Shown in pieces: positions 26,011 to 39,174 of a DNA stretch of 64,000 nt. The DNA comes from Eledone cirrhosa (lineage: Eukaryota), in NCBI GenBank assembly GCA_964016885.1, contig OZ024762.1, positions 3,472,001-3,536,000 of the forward strand, written 5' to 3'. The stretch's first letter is position 1, and the number at the start of each line of letters is the position of its first letter. The translations under genes and the position numbers were made by a program. Under the pieces are notes generated by a model that worked only from the letters and a program-made list of their open reading frames with translations, was not told where the DNA came from and made no database searches.

Positions 26011-26860
26011 CATCATCGTTTAACTTCTATCTTCCGTTTTATATATATATATGGAGGCACATGGCTTAGTGGTTAGAGCATTGGCCTTGCAATCAAAAGG
26101 TTGTGAGTTCAATTCTCAGACCGGGTGATGTGTTGCTTCCTTGAGCAAGACACTTTATTTCACATTGCTCCAGTTTACTCAGCTGTAGAAATGAGATGAT
26201 AGGGACTGGGGTCCCTATCATTCCACTGCAAAGTGGTTGTGGAGGTGCCACAGAAAAAAAGCACCCAGCACTCACTGTAAATGAGGTTGGTGTTAGGAAG
26301 GGCATCCAGCTGTAGAAATCTAGCCTGAATCAGTTCTAGTATGAGTAAAACAAGGTCAGCTGACTGGACACTGCCCACAACAGGACAACCCGTCTAACCC
26401 ATGCTAGCATGGAAGAACGGACGTAAGATGGTGATGATGATGATGATGATATGTGTGTGTGTGTATATATATATAGTAGTAATGATAAATGTGAAGACTA
26501 AAATCCAAAGAGGGCTCAATAAGGATTATATATATATGTAGTGAGAGATGGGATTTGAACTCAGAATGGCAAGGGCCGTAACTCTATGCGTCAAAGCATG
26601 GTGTCTGACTCGCTACTGATACTACCAATCAACAGTAATAAACAAAAGATATATACTTTATATCATCTCTATTTTATTATATGTATTTCAAAGATGTAAA
26701 GTTTTATGTATAATATAAAGCAAAACATGTCCTCTTCAGACAAAATACAGAAAAGGTATAATTCTTTCCCTGGTATGCTGGGAGACAAACGAGCTGGACT
26801 GATCATTTGAATGTTAATTAGTTTTCAATTGTTTGTATGTTTTTCTTGACTGTCTCCAAG
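25940..26860 (+). other. U12-type (minor spliceosome) intron, GT-AG subtype, CCDC43 intron 3
   Basis: 5' site GTATCCTTT at 25940; branch-point-like TTTTCTTGAC at 26841-26850, 10 nt before AG at 26859-26860; reading frame preserved across the junction. Confidence 0.88.
26670..26747 (-). ncRNA. Hammerhead motif (family A variant)
   Basis: Minus: UAUUUUGU-CUGAAGA-GGACAUG...ACAUCUUU-GAAA-UACAUA-UA-AUAAAAUA. Confidence 0.6.
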
Positions 26861-26982
26861 AGGACTTCAAGTCTGTGAACCGGAACCTGTTCCATCTGGA
26901 AGCAATACCTCTGTGCCAAGTAACATAACGAACCTCATCCCCATTGTTGCTGCAACTGGCAACAATTCTAGTGCAGCTGCAT
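26861..26982 (+). CDS. CCDC43: CCDC43 exon 4 (flanked by two U12 introns)
   Basis: (Q)GLQVCEPEPVPSGSNTSVPSNITNLIPIVAATGNNSSAAA; 122 nt; phases 2 and 1 join exons 3 and 5 in frame. Confidence 0.85.
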
Positions 26983-28118
26983 GTATCCTTTTTATAACAA
27001 ATTCTTTTGTTTTGTTTTTTTTTATCTGTTTTACATCTCTTGCACTTCCTCAAACCACAACATCTCCCCCCCCCCCACATACAGACATCACACCACATCT
27101 CCACCACCCACAGGCATCTCATCACAACATCTCCCCCACCTACAGACATCACACCACTACATCCCCCCCCCCCCACAGACATCACACCACAACATCTCAT
27201 CACAACATCCCCCTCACCCACAGACATGATATCACAACATCCCACCCACCCACAGACATCATATTACAACATCTCCACCACCCACAGTTCAGAGCTGTAT
27301 ATTTTTGTTACTGTTGCTCTCAGGCTGCCATTTTTTTTATTTGATGAAGGGATTTTATTCCGAAATATATAAGGACCTATAAAGAACTGCAAGATCATTT
27401 ACTCTCCAATTCACATTGTGGTAGCTGTCAAACAAAACATTATTTTCTAAACTTTACACAATGCTTCAAGTAAACTACAACACTCCTTTATCTTGGTTAT
27501 TGGTCTTTTCAAAGTCAATGTCCTGGTTGCATTGCATTTGTTGGCTCTACGCAATATGATGCCTCTTGGATCACTGACCTAGGATGATCTCAGTCCCAAT
27601 GAGCAAGGGTAAGAAGAATTGCATTGCTGTCACTCTCTAAAGCAGTAGTTCCCTTCCGCGGAAACCAAGTGTTCTGCAAATGAGTGTCTGGGTTTCCCTG
27701 AAAAAAGGTAGACGAGTATATTTATATTATGACCATATAACAGTATTAGACTTTAGAGTTCCCCCCAAAAGTTTCTGAACCAAAAAGGTGTTCCACGTTT
27801 GAGAAACTCGGCTTTAAATAAGACATTATAAATAATTTTCTTGCTAAAATATCTGGTGCCAAAACTGCAGTATCTAATACACTGCACCAAAACTGCAGTA
27901 TCTAATATACTACACCAAAAGTGCAGTATCTAATACACTACACCAAAAGTGCAGTATCTAATACACTACACCAACACTGCAATACTAAAATACACTGCAC
28001 CAAAACTGCAATATCTAATACACTGCATCAAAACTGCAATACTAAAGTGCACTTAACCCTATAACTACTACTACTAATACTGACCAAAAAGAAAAATGTG
28101 TTTCCTTAACTGTGACAG
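26983..28118 (+). other. U12-type intron, GT-AG subtype, CCDC43 intron 4
   Basis: 5' site GTATCCTTTT at 26983; consensus branch point TTTCCTTAAC at 28101-28110; AG at 28117-28118; no polypyrimidine tract. Confidence 0.92.
27855..28050. repeat. 28-bp minisatellite x~7
   Basis: acaccaaaactgcagtatctaatacact units. Confidence 0.85.
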
Positions 28119-28312
28119 CTGGGCGTATGTCGGCCAACACCAACCGAGACAGTATCCAGAGACAAGAGAAAGAGATGAGAGAGAAGATGAAACAAGATAA
28201 CGAGAAGAAGAAGGAGAAAGATAAACTAGATAGAGAAGCTCAGAAGAATAAACGACAGGAAAGGAAAGAGAATGAGAAGAAACGTACTCAGAAAGGAGAG
28301 AAGAGGAGGTAG
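28119..28312 (+). CDS. CCDC43: CCDC43 exon 5 (coiled-coil C-terminus)
   Basis: (S)GRMSANTNRDSIQRQEKEMREKMKQDNEKKKEKDKLDREAQKNKRQERKENEKKRTQKGEKRR*; the KKRTQKGE.RR terminus is characteristic of CCDC43. Confidence 0.95.
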
Positions 28313-28480
28313 CACTGCCCCTGGGGTATAGACTGTCATGATATAGAAGGTCAACTATATAGGGTCGTCAAGTATGAAATTTGTAGAAAAAAAAGCAAGT
28401 TTCTACAAATTTCATACGTGACGACCCTATATATATATATATATATACATTTTATGTGTGTGTGTATGTTTATATATATG

Positions 28481-28516
<36 letters not shown>

Positions 28517-29934
28517 GATGTTTTGATGAGGTCATCTACATATATACCTAATTTTGACTGTGTGTGTGTGTATATATATATATATACATATATACAGGGT
28601 GTCCCAAAAATGTATACACTCTTTAACAGCATTCTGATAAATATTGCTTGTACAAGTAATCAAAGTATGTATACATTTTTGGGGGACACCCTGTATATAT
28701 AATAATTGTTTCTACTTTAGGCACAAGGCCAGCAATTACCCAGTGCATTACTGGTACTTTATTTTATCGACCCCGTAAGGATGAAAGGCAAAGTCAACCT
28801 CGGCGGGATTTGAACTCAGATCGTAAAGGGACGTAACTATGCTGGAAAGCATGGCGTCCGACCCTCTACCGATACTGACAATCCACCGCCCTATATAATA
28901 ATTGTTTCTACTTTTGGCACAAGGCCAGCAATTACCCAGTACATTACTGGTACTTTATTTTATCGACCCCGATGATATATCATGGTAAGAAACTCTCAGG
29001 AAAGCTGAACAGCAGAATATCTTAGGAAGAAACCACCCCTTAAGCAAGTATTGTGGCCCTTAACTTCTGAAACACTTGCTTAAGGTGGCAGGGGGTTTCT
29101 TCTTTGAAGACCTTCGGCTGTCCAGCTACCCTGAGAATTACTTACCCTCTATATATCAAAATTATATATATATATACACACACATTATTTTGGCAGTATC
29201 GGTAGAGCGTCATAACATATGGTCTGAGTTCAAATCCTGCCGAGGTTAACTTTGCCTTTCATCCTTACGGGGTCGATAAAATAAAGTACCAGTAATGTAC
29301 TGGGGTTAATTGCTGGCCTTGTGCCAAAAGTAAAAACGATTATTATATCTATGAACACATACGCATACACCCGAAACACATACATGCGTACATATATACA
29401 CGTACACATGAATATATATACATGTGCATGTATTTATAGATATATTTATTGACACACACATACGTGCATACATATATATACACACAGACACACACACATG
29501 TACCCAGAAGCACAGCCATACATACATACAAGCACGTATATATATATAGACACACACACAGGCATACACACGCATACGGACATATACCCAGAAACATACA
29601 AGCATATATATGTACACATGTATTTGTAGATATATTTATACACACACACATATGTACCCAGAAAGACACACACACACACACACACATCAATATACACATG
29701 CAGGGAGAACGTGTTAAATGATGGTGATTATTCACACACGCGCACACACATTTATACTCACGCATACTTACATGTGCATGTATTCAAATGTTTACATACA
29801 TAAATGTATATTTGCATACGCGTCTAAATTTCTGAATTTTTGTTTTTACACCCAGAAATGTTGAAATTCTTTACAATTTTTAAGATTTGACACCCCAACC
29901 CCGTTTTCTCTCTGCCCCTCTCTCTCTTTCTCTC

Positions 29935-29989
<55 letters not shown>

Positions 29990-30074
29990 GCGCAACGCCA
30001 AACCTTAAAACTATCCTCGATATAGAATACTCATAACTTCTACTTGGATTACCCTGAACGATATCTCATTAACT

Positions 30075-30114
<40 letters not shown>

Positions 30115-31225
30115 ATGTCCCCAAATATATGCACTTCAATAGCATTCTAATAAATCCTGTACAGTTAATCGAAGTATGTATACATTTTTTGGGACACCCT
30201 GTATATATATATGTATGTGTGTGTATATATATATATATATATACACACACATACATATACATACAGGGTGCTTAAAAAATGTATACATACTTTGATTACC
30301 TGTACAGAATTTATTAGAATGCTGTTGAAGTGTGTATATATATATATGCAATAATAAAAAGGTCGAAGTGTTAGATCTTCCATTACATTTGTTGAGGCGT
30401 GGCACATGTTTCATAGTTGAGCGGCTCAAGGCTCAATCTGTATCAATCAAGCCCGACTCTGGAATGAAAAGAACGTCGGACTTCTGGACGTTACAATCCC
30501 TAAACTATATATATATAGATAGAGAGAGAGAGATTTGGGTTTGGAAACAAAAATTCACACCAACAACAACACTAATACAGGTACATCACTGATTCCAGGC
30601 TGGACTAAATAAGAAAGTTAAGAAGTTAGAAATACTCTGCCTACAATGATATAACGAGGTAGATGTTTAACCCCTTAACATTTAAACTGACTGTATCCAG
30701 CCAGAATTCTCTCACCTCTTTCTGTTCAAACCAACTGTAACCAGCCACTCATACTGATTTTAAGGTATTGTTCTCAAAATAAATATCAAAATCTTATAGA
30801 TTTGATATTATGAGAGATTCAGCCTTTACTGTGACAATACAATAGTATATATAGAGTAATGGAAATGTTATGTGAGGTAAAGCCTTTACTGTGAAAATAC
30901 AATAGTATATATAGAGTAATGTAAATGTTATGTGAGATATTATGTGAGGTAAAGCCTTTACTGTGACAATACAATAGTATATATAGAGTAATGGAAATGT
31001 TATGTGAGGTAAAGCCTTTACTGTGAAAATACAATAGTATATATAGAGTAATGGAAATGTTATGTGAGATATTATGTGAGGTAAAGCCTTTACTGTGAAA
31101 ATACAATAGTATATATAGAGTAATGTAAATGTTATGTGAGGTAAAGCCTTTACTGTGACAATACAATAGTATATATAGAGTAATGTAAATGCTAACGGGT
31201 TAAAAACTAAATCTAACATTACACA

Positions 31226-31790
31226 TTAATGACCATAGGTAAGTTGTTGGCACAAATACCAAATTGAAGATAGCAAGTGACTTTTACAACAACCTGATAT
31301 CTGAATACTGAATCTGGTGCAGTAATGCGCCAGCTCCTGCCTTCCATCACTCGTGAATACAGCCCCGAGATACTTGAACTTCTTCACCTGCTTCAGTGGA
31401 ACTCCATTTACATGTAGAGTGTATTGCACAGGCTTCCTTGAGAGGAGGTGAGTCTCAGTTTTCATTCCAGCCAAGCATCACTTGGCATCAAACCTATCGA
31501 GTGTAAATCTGAGATCACCTGTAGAGTTAAGTAACACCATGCTGTCTGCAAATTCTGGCCAGTCGTAACACTACTTCGGACCTGGCTACACATTCTCAAT
31601 CCTGTTCATGAAAATAATGAAGAGGAGAGGTGACAGTACACACCCCCCACATTGAATGGTTTCAATTTAGCACCATTTATCCGAACACAATTACTTGGGC
31701 ATTCGTATAGAAACATCAGGGCAGCAAGAAACTGACCATCCATCTCATAATCCTGCAGGTCCTGAGGAATGCGGTCATATGCCTTTTTAA
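31226..31790 (-). mobile_element. Degenerate non-LTR RT fragment (RTE-like)
   Basis: Minus-strand remnants KKAYDRIP, VLSPLLFIIFMNRI, FADSMVL, QVKKFKYLGAVFTSDG. Confidence 0.75.
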
Positions 31791-32165
31791 CCTTTAGTAC
31801 TGCATTATGTATTAAGAGGAGATTAATCTATTGGCAACACATGTAGCGTCCAGAAGGTTAAACAAACAGTGGAACTCTTAAATAATTTAGGTTCTGCACT
31901 GTGCCAAAAAATACAACTTTAGAAGATGTACAGAGTCAGGTTTTAATTTTATCAATGCAATAATTTTATAGAAAATGAGCTGTAACGATTGTGATTTAAA
32001 AAAAAAAAAAGCAGCCATTTTGTTTTAATAATAATATCATATTCTCCAACTGATAAAGTCTTCCCTGCTATATTTTCTCTATGAGAAGTTTACATTATGT
32101 ATTTTTGTCCAATTAAATCAAATAAAGTTAGACAAAGCAAATTTGTTTTGAAACCTCAAGCAAAG

Positions 32166-32365
32166 TTTGAAATAAAGTAGAGATATAAGCTTACACAGTA
32201 TTTTGACTAAAGAAATTAGCCTGATTTTTTTAAAATCCTCTAAATGGAAAAGGATGAGTAGTCTAGATTCATCCTTTTCCATTCAGAAGATTTTTAAAAA
32301 ATCCCCACTATCTAATTTCTTTAGTCAAAATATGGTGTAAGCTTATATCTCTACTTTATTTCAAA
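32166..32365. repeat. ~200 bp imperfect palindrome (MITE-like hairpin)
   Basis: tttgaaataaagtagagatataagcttacac ... gtgtaagcttatatctctactttatttcaaa. Confidence 0.85.
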
Positions 32366-33239
32366 TAAGCTTAGGTTTGTTTTTGTTTTATGTGGCTTCA
32401 GCTCACAATGGAGTTCCATCGAAAAAATCCAAGACCTCATTGATTTACCAAGTGGAACTCGTCAAATCTGATTAAGGAAGCAATGTTTCTAATGGTCTTT
32501 CCATTGCTGATACTATCTACTGTTCGCAACTCCTGAGCTCACTTTGAATTACAAATATCTGGCTGGCAGGGTGACAAGAATTTGAAATGTTCACCTGTAA
32601 TTTATGTTGAAATTAAAAGGTGTCGAGCCATCACTGGTGTACCTGTATTAAATTACATTTACAACAACAATAAAAAAGTTTTTGTTTTTAACTTTTTCTG
32701 CTCGCCATCCCTCCACACCAAAAAAATAAAGAAAGAAAAAAAGCATTTTTGCATTTACAGAATTGAATTTAAGTGCAGTGTGGTGACAGCACCAACCCCC
32801 TATCTTTACCAAATAAGGTCCTTCCCCCCGCCACCACTAACGCCATAACAACTGCTATTGATTTGCCCTACTCTGTGCTGAAACATTTTTTTAATTGATC
32901 ATCATGATGGAGGATGTCAATAAACAATACTTTGGATGTCTTTTGTTTGGTTCTTTCTTTCCTGGGCTGGCACGTAGATGCTGGCCATTCGCAGACCTTT
33001 TGCTAAAAAGAAAAACAATTCGTGTATATATGTAAACTTTCTTTATTAACAGAAACTTTGTCATTCCCACTTGTTGCGACATATGACCTTGAAGGCTGGA
33101 CATCTGTAAAAAGAAATGAAAGTCATTTACATACGTTATCAATAAAAAGAATATTAAACTTTATAAAATTCTTCCAATTTTGTCTATTATTATATGTAAT
33201 TGCTGGCCTTGTGCCTAATGTAGAAACAATTATATATAC

Positions 33240-35660
33240 ATTTAAATAGAGGAAACTAAAGAATGTATATTAAGTGTCTAAAGAATGAAACTAAGAATGT
33301 TACGGAGGTTAAAGCGGTATAGATCTAGTTAATACTGATCAACAGTAGTTTCTTAAACGAGGTATATATATATACAGTATCTAGCGAGAAGAAGGTTTTA
33401 ATATGTCTGTATAAATTAGAATACAGTTTCTTATCTTGTATGTATATAAGTGTGTGTATGATGTTTACTTCGACGTGTGTATAATATAAAGAGATACAAG
33501 TAGTGTATGTACAGAGATTTTTGTTTCTTAGAGGTTATTTTCGTGTATATAGAGATGGCTAAATTGTTTCTAATAGGTATGTATCTCGACAAATATGTAT
33601 ACATACATACACGTATATATATATTGGCCGTCCAGTTTCATTTCACATACATGTATGTGTATATTTTAATTATTTTTAAGTGAACGTGGCCTAGTATACT
33701 ACTTAAATAGTGACAAAAGATTTTTGTATTCCTACAGTAGAAAAGATGTAGTTTCTTAGAAGAATAGGTGTATATAATTATATGCCTGTGTCTAGTGAGG
33801 AAATTATATAAATGTAGCTGTATGTGTATCTCTAGATTACTGTGTACATATACACAGAAGAAATAATAATAATATAATAAAGCAACAAAGAAAAAGTTTG
33901 GTTTATTCTTTTATTTCACAATTTATTAACCTTTCTTCTTGAAAAAGAGATGTAGTAGTTTCCTGGTTCCATTCCTTACCAGGTCTGGTGTTTCTTAGGA
34001 ATATAAAACAGGTTACATTATACAATGGGTGTATATAAAGGTTTGTATCTAGTGAAGAACGTTTATATATAGATGATGTAGCTATCAAGCAGGTGAGGAT
34101 GCTAAAAGTGGTAAGGAGTCTTGATAGCTTCACTACCTAGGTAGCCTAATAGATGAAAGAAGTTTAGAGAGCTACATACACGGCAGAGGAATGAAGCTAC
34201 CATGCTTTGTTAGATGTAAAAGATAATAAAATGCAGCCGTATTGTTTAGTTTCTCAAGAGAGGTATAAAAGTAGCTCTGGTAGTATGTATATAGTCTCAG
34301 AGAGAAGGTTTAGTTTGGTTTCTTAGAAGTGTCTAGTGGATAGAACAACATTTATATATAAATGTAACTGTGTATATACGTGTCTTTATTCTTCCAGTAT
34401 AAATAAGATTGTAAAATGTATATAGTGTTGAGAAGGATTGGTTGATCTTTAGAAAAGGTAACAAAATGTAGCTGTGTGTATATATAGAGGAGGTAGCTAT
34501 GTATATCTATAAATATTGGTATATGAATATAGTGTCTAGAGATTAGTTTACTTATAATTCTTAGGTGTCTTAGAAGAAAAAAAATATATAGTTTATACAT
34601 AAATGTAGCTTTATATGCATGTATGTCTTTAAAATTCTTCCAGTATAGAGAAGATTGTAAAATGTATTTAGTTTATTAAAAGAAGATGTGTATAAGGAAG
34701 AATGTAGCTTCAAGTATGTCCCTAAAATCTAAAATTCTTCCAGTACATGAAAGATAGTAAAACGTTTATCAGCGAATGTTAGTGGGTGACTAAAGGATTT
34801 TCATTCTGAGAAGAATACATATGTGAAGAGTGTTTATATATATTTACAAATGTAGCTTTGTGGATGTATTTACGTTTCCAAAAAGAAAAAGTGTCTTCTT
34901 GTATATAGAGAAACGTATTTTTGTATCTCAATAATATGTGTGTGTGTTTAGAATGAATTTATGGCAAATAAAACATTACATCCCCCTCTCCACTAACGTA
35001 AAAATCCCGAATGATGTCACCGGTTCAATACAATAAAGGGAAGTGATTCAACAGAGAGAAATGCAATTAATTCACTTAAGGGGGAGATAACTCTAATCGA
35101 TTTTTATTTTTTTAAAGCAAACCTTATACGTGACGGGACGCAGGCCAGCACAAAGCCAGCCTGCAAATAGTCCCGGCTGGCCCCCTAACGATTCGATCTT
35201 CAGACACATAGAAAGGTCCTGCCATACATAAGTACGACAGCAAAGTCCGAAACGCTACGTGCAGCGCCACGCACAAGACGCAATTCTAGTGAGTAAAAGA
35301 GTCATACTTACAGCTAAAATTTTATTTCTTTGGAAAAAAGAAAAAAAGAAATGGAAAGAAAGCGAGATAAGACGATATATTCCGAGTGTTATCTCACTGT
35401 CATTCCGTTTCTCTATATATAAATATAACAGTGTATATGGTCATTAAGGAACTACTAGTATTTTGTACATATATAATGGGATATACACGTATAGAAACCG
35501 GGGAATATATAACAAAAAAATCGATTGTAGAAGGGGGTTGACATATATACGGAGTCAATAGTTTGACGATTTTCACTAACTTCAAATTCTACGTAAATAA
35601 GGTTCGCATTTTTGCCCATTTCTCAGACATAAGATAGGGTCGCCTTATATTCGAATATAT
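33240..35660 (+). mobile_element. Diverged partial copy of the large foldback element (internal region plus right end)
   Basis: 35080-35660 matches 53215-53780 directly; parts of 33240-35000 match 47540-48900 in reverse complement (e.g. ggtttattcttttatttcacaatttatt); ends in gggtcgccttatattcgaatata. Confidence 0.7.
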
Positions 35661-35861
35661 TAACTGAGAAACTTTTAGTACGTTGTACATTTATTTTTGC
35701 TCTGTAATACCAGAACAGACACAACCAGATGATGTGACCTATACTGTCATCTCACCAACCATATTATATGAATGGGTATCAGAGGCTAACTAGGAAGTGT
35801 GCTACATGCAATGGGGGCCACTTGGACTAGGAGCACATTATTATTATCTGACAGATGGGTG

Positions 35862-36175
35862 TCAGATGTTTGGGCAAGGGCACAATTTCAGTAGGTATGA
35901 GCAACCTAGTGAAGATGGTAGGGGGCCAATGAAATCAATGTTGACAAGGGCCTGTGGGGGTTCATAGCTACTGAGAGGTGCTTTGGTATGTTGATGGATT
36001 TTGGCCATACTGTGCAAGACAAATTTGCATGACATTAGGCCCCGTGTGGCTCTGGTACCTGGGTGGGAGAGCCCATGAATAACATCAAAAAAATGTTGGC
36101 GCCAGGCTAATAGGACGATTGTTTTTGGTTTCCTAGTGGATACATCACAAATCTTCAAGTGTAACCTCACCATGT
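35862..36175 (-). mobile_element. Gypsy LTR-retrotransposon integrase fragment
   Basis: CDVSTRKPK...FDVIHGLSHPGTRAT...KIHQHTKAPL...VNIDFIGPLPSSLGCSYLL (zinc-finger and start of rve domain). Confidence 0.85.
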
Positions 36176-36669
36176 CTTGGAGGAGACCTTATGGTTTTGA
36201 TCGTAACTTCCGTGGATAGAAAATGTTAGTCCACCACTCTCGCTAACTCCTGTAAGTCTTTGATCTCAGTCTGAGTGATGAGGGACTGAATTGGGAGGGG
36301 GTGGGGGAGCAGTTTACGGAGGAATATCTCTCTAAATAAAAACAGGTGACTCACTCAGGGGCAGCAATGTCAGAATTCAATCCATTAGTTCCCAAGTCTT
36401 TGAATCACTTAATCTCTCAGTATCCAATATCCTGCCAGCTGCTGCATCACTAAGCTGGAATGATTCTATTTTTATATATGTAAGTATGTATACATACATA
36501 TATATATATGTATACAGACGTACAGTAGTATGTATATATATACATACATACATGCACACATATATATATATGTACGTATGGGTTTAGCGAATATTTGTTT
36601 ATAAACAAACAGCCCGAATTAAGCCGGACAGTGTTCGGCAACCATCTATTTTTATAGTCTCATATTTGT

Positions 36670-38280
36670 GTATATAGCTAGTGTGTGTGTGTGTTTATAT
36701 AGCTAGTGTGTGTGTCTATATAGTTAGTGTGTGTGTTTATATAGCTAGTGTGTGTGTTTATATAGCTAGTGTGTGTGTTTATATAGCTAGTGTGTGTGTC
36801 TATATAGCTAGTGTGTGTGTTTATATAGCTAGTGTGTGTGTGTATATAGCTAGTGTGTGTGTTTATATAGCTAGTGTGTGTGTGTGTGTTTATATAGCTT
36901 GTGTGTGTATAGCTAGTGTGTGTGTTTATATAGCTAGTGTGTGTGTTTATATAGCTAGTGTGTGTGTGTGTGTTTATATAGCTTGTGTGTGTATAGCTAG
37001 TGTGTGTGTTTATATAGCTAGTGTGTGTGTTTATATAGCTAGTGTGTGTGTGTATATAGCTAGTGTATGTGTGTTTATATAGCTAGTGTATGTGTGTTTA
37101 TATAGCTAGTGTGTGTGTGTGTATATAGCTAGTGTGTGTGTTTATATAGCTAGTGTATGTGTTTATATAGCTAGTGTGTGTGTGTGTTTATATAGCTGGT
37201 GTGTGTGTGTTTATATAGCTAGTGTGTGTGTGTATAGCTAGTGTGTGTGTTTATATAGCTAGTGTGTGTGTGTATATAGCTAGTGTGTGGGTTTATATAG
37301 CTAGTGTGTGTGTGTATAGCTAGTGTGTGTGTTTATATAGCTAGTGTATGTGTGTTTATATAGCTAGTGTGTGTGTGTATATAGCTAGTGTGTGGGTTTA
37401 TATAGCTAGTGTATGTGTTTATATAGCTAGTGTGTGTGTTTATATAGCTAGTGTGAGTGTGTTTATATAGCTAGTGTGTGTGTGTGTATAGCTTGTGTGT
37501 GTATATATAGCTAGTGTGTGTGTGAATATAGCTTGTGTGTATAGCTAGTGTGTGTGTTTATATAGCTAGTGTGTGTGTGTTTATATAGCTAGTGTATGTG
37601 TTTATATAGCTAGTGTGTGTGTTTATATAGCTAGTGTGTGTGTTTATATAGCTAGTGTGTGTGTGTGTTTATATGGCTTGTGTGTGTGTGTATAGCTAGT
37701 GTGTGTGTTTATATAGCTAGTGTGTGTGTGTTTATATAGCTAGTGTGTGTGTGTATATAGCTAGTGTGTGTGTGTATATAGCTAGTGTATGTGTGTATAT
37801 AGCTAGTGTGTATGTGTTTATATAGCTAGTGTGTGTGTTTATATAGCTAGTGTGTGTGTTTATATAGCTAGTGTGTGTGTGTATATAGCTTGTGTGTGTA
37901 TATATACCTAGTGTGTGTGTGTGTATATAGCTAGTGTGTGTGTGTGTGTATAGCAAGTGTGTGTGTGTATATATATATAGTGTGTGTGTTTATATAGCTT
38001 AGTGTGTGTGTGTATAGCAAGTGTGTGTGTATATATAGTGTGTGTGTTTATATAGCTAGTGTGTGTGTGTTTATATCGCTAGTGTGTGTGTGTTTATATC
38101 GCTACTGTGTGTATGTTTATATAGCTAGTGTGTGTGTGTTTATATAGCTAGTGTGTGTGTGTTTATATAGCTAGTGTGTGTGTGTTCATATGGCTAGTGT
38201 GTGTATATAGCTAGTGTGTGTGTTTATATAGTTAGTGTGTGTGTGTATATATAGCTAGTGTTTATATAGCTAGTGTGTGT
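36670..38280. repeat. Satellite/minisatellite (GT)n-TTATATAGCTA, ~19-23 bp unit
   Basis: Dozens of copies of gtgtgtgtttatatagcta. Confidence 0.95.
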
Positions 38281-38609
38281 ATGCATATACATACATGTAT
38301 ATATATACATGTATGTATATATATACATGTATGTATATGCATGTATATATATAGATGTATATATACATGTATGTATATATATATACATGCATATATACAT
38401 GTACATATATACATGTATATATATATACATGTATATATATATATACATGTATATAAATATATAAATATATATACCTGTATATATATGTATATATATACAG
38501 GTATATATATATACATGTATATGTATATATGCATGTATATATATATATATATATATATATATCCATATATATACAGGTATACATATATATATACACATGT
38601 ATATATATA

Positions 38610-39122
38610 TAATGATGTGTTCACCTATTAAAAATCAACAAAATACTTTTAATATTGTCGTTTTCGTCCATAGCAAGTGTTGTTTCGAAATAATTTTTGC
38701 ACCCATTTTTGCGTTTAAGTAAAGACGGAGTTATCGTTCTTGAGATTTCGGCTCGGAGAAATTTAAGGAACTGATGTCGCTAAATCGCCAAATCATTTAC
38801 CTGCCCCGTTGCCTCATGGGAGGGTAATGGCTGCCTTTTATTTTTTAAACGATGGCAGATTCTTTAGTTTCTCTCGCAACATCTTGTTCCTTGTTTCATA
38901 TAAGTAAATAATTAAAACATTTTGGCGAGAAAGATATTAAAAAGACTGCCATGGTTTTCGAAAAATAAAAGGCAGCCATTACCCTACCATGATGCAACGG
39001 GGCAAGTAAATGATTTGGCGATTTAGCGACATCAGTTCCTCAAATTTCCCAGAGCCGAAATCTCAAGAACGATAACTCCGTCTTTACTTAATCGCAAAAA
39101 TGGGTGCAAAAATTATTTCGAA
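38610..39122. mobile_element. MITE-like element with ~165 bp inverted repeats
   Basis: 38685-38848 is the reverse complement of ~38961-39122; the left part recurs at ~41388-41640. Confidence 0.8.
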
Positions 39123-39174
39123 TTTCTTAGTAATTATTTGTATATACTTACATTATTTGCATATAAGGTAGGCT

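Noticed and set aside
26053-26125. tRNA gene
   Set aside because: A/B boxes present but it runs directly into a multi-copy SINE body; it is a SINE head.
26814-27372. Overlapping 121-143 aa ORFs
   Set aside because: Only 26861-26982 is exon; the remainder is a cacagacatcac degenerate repeat inside the U12 intron.
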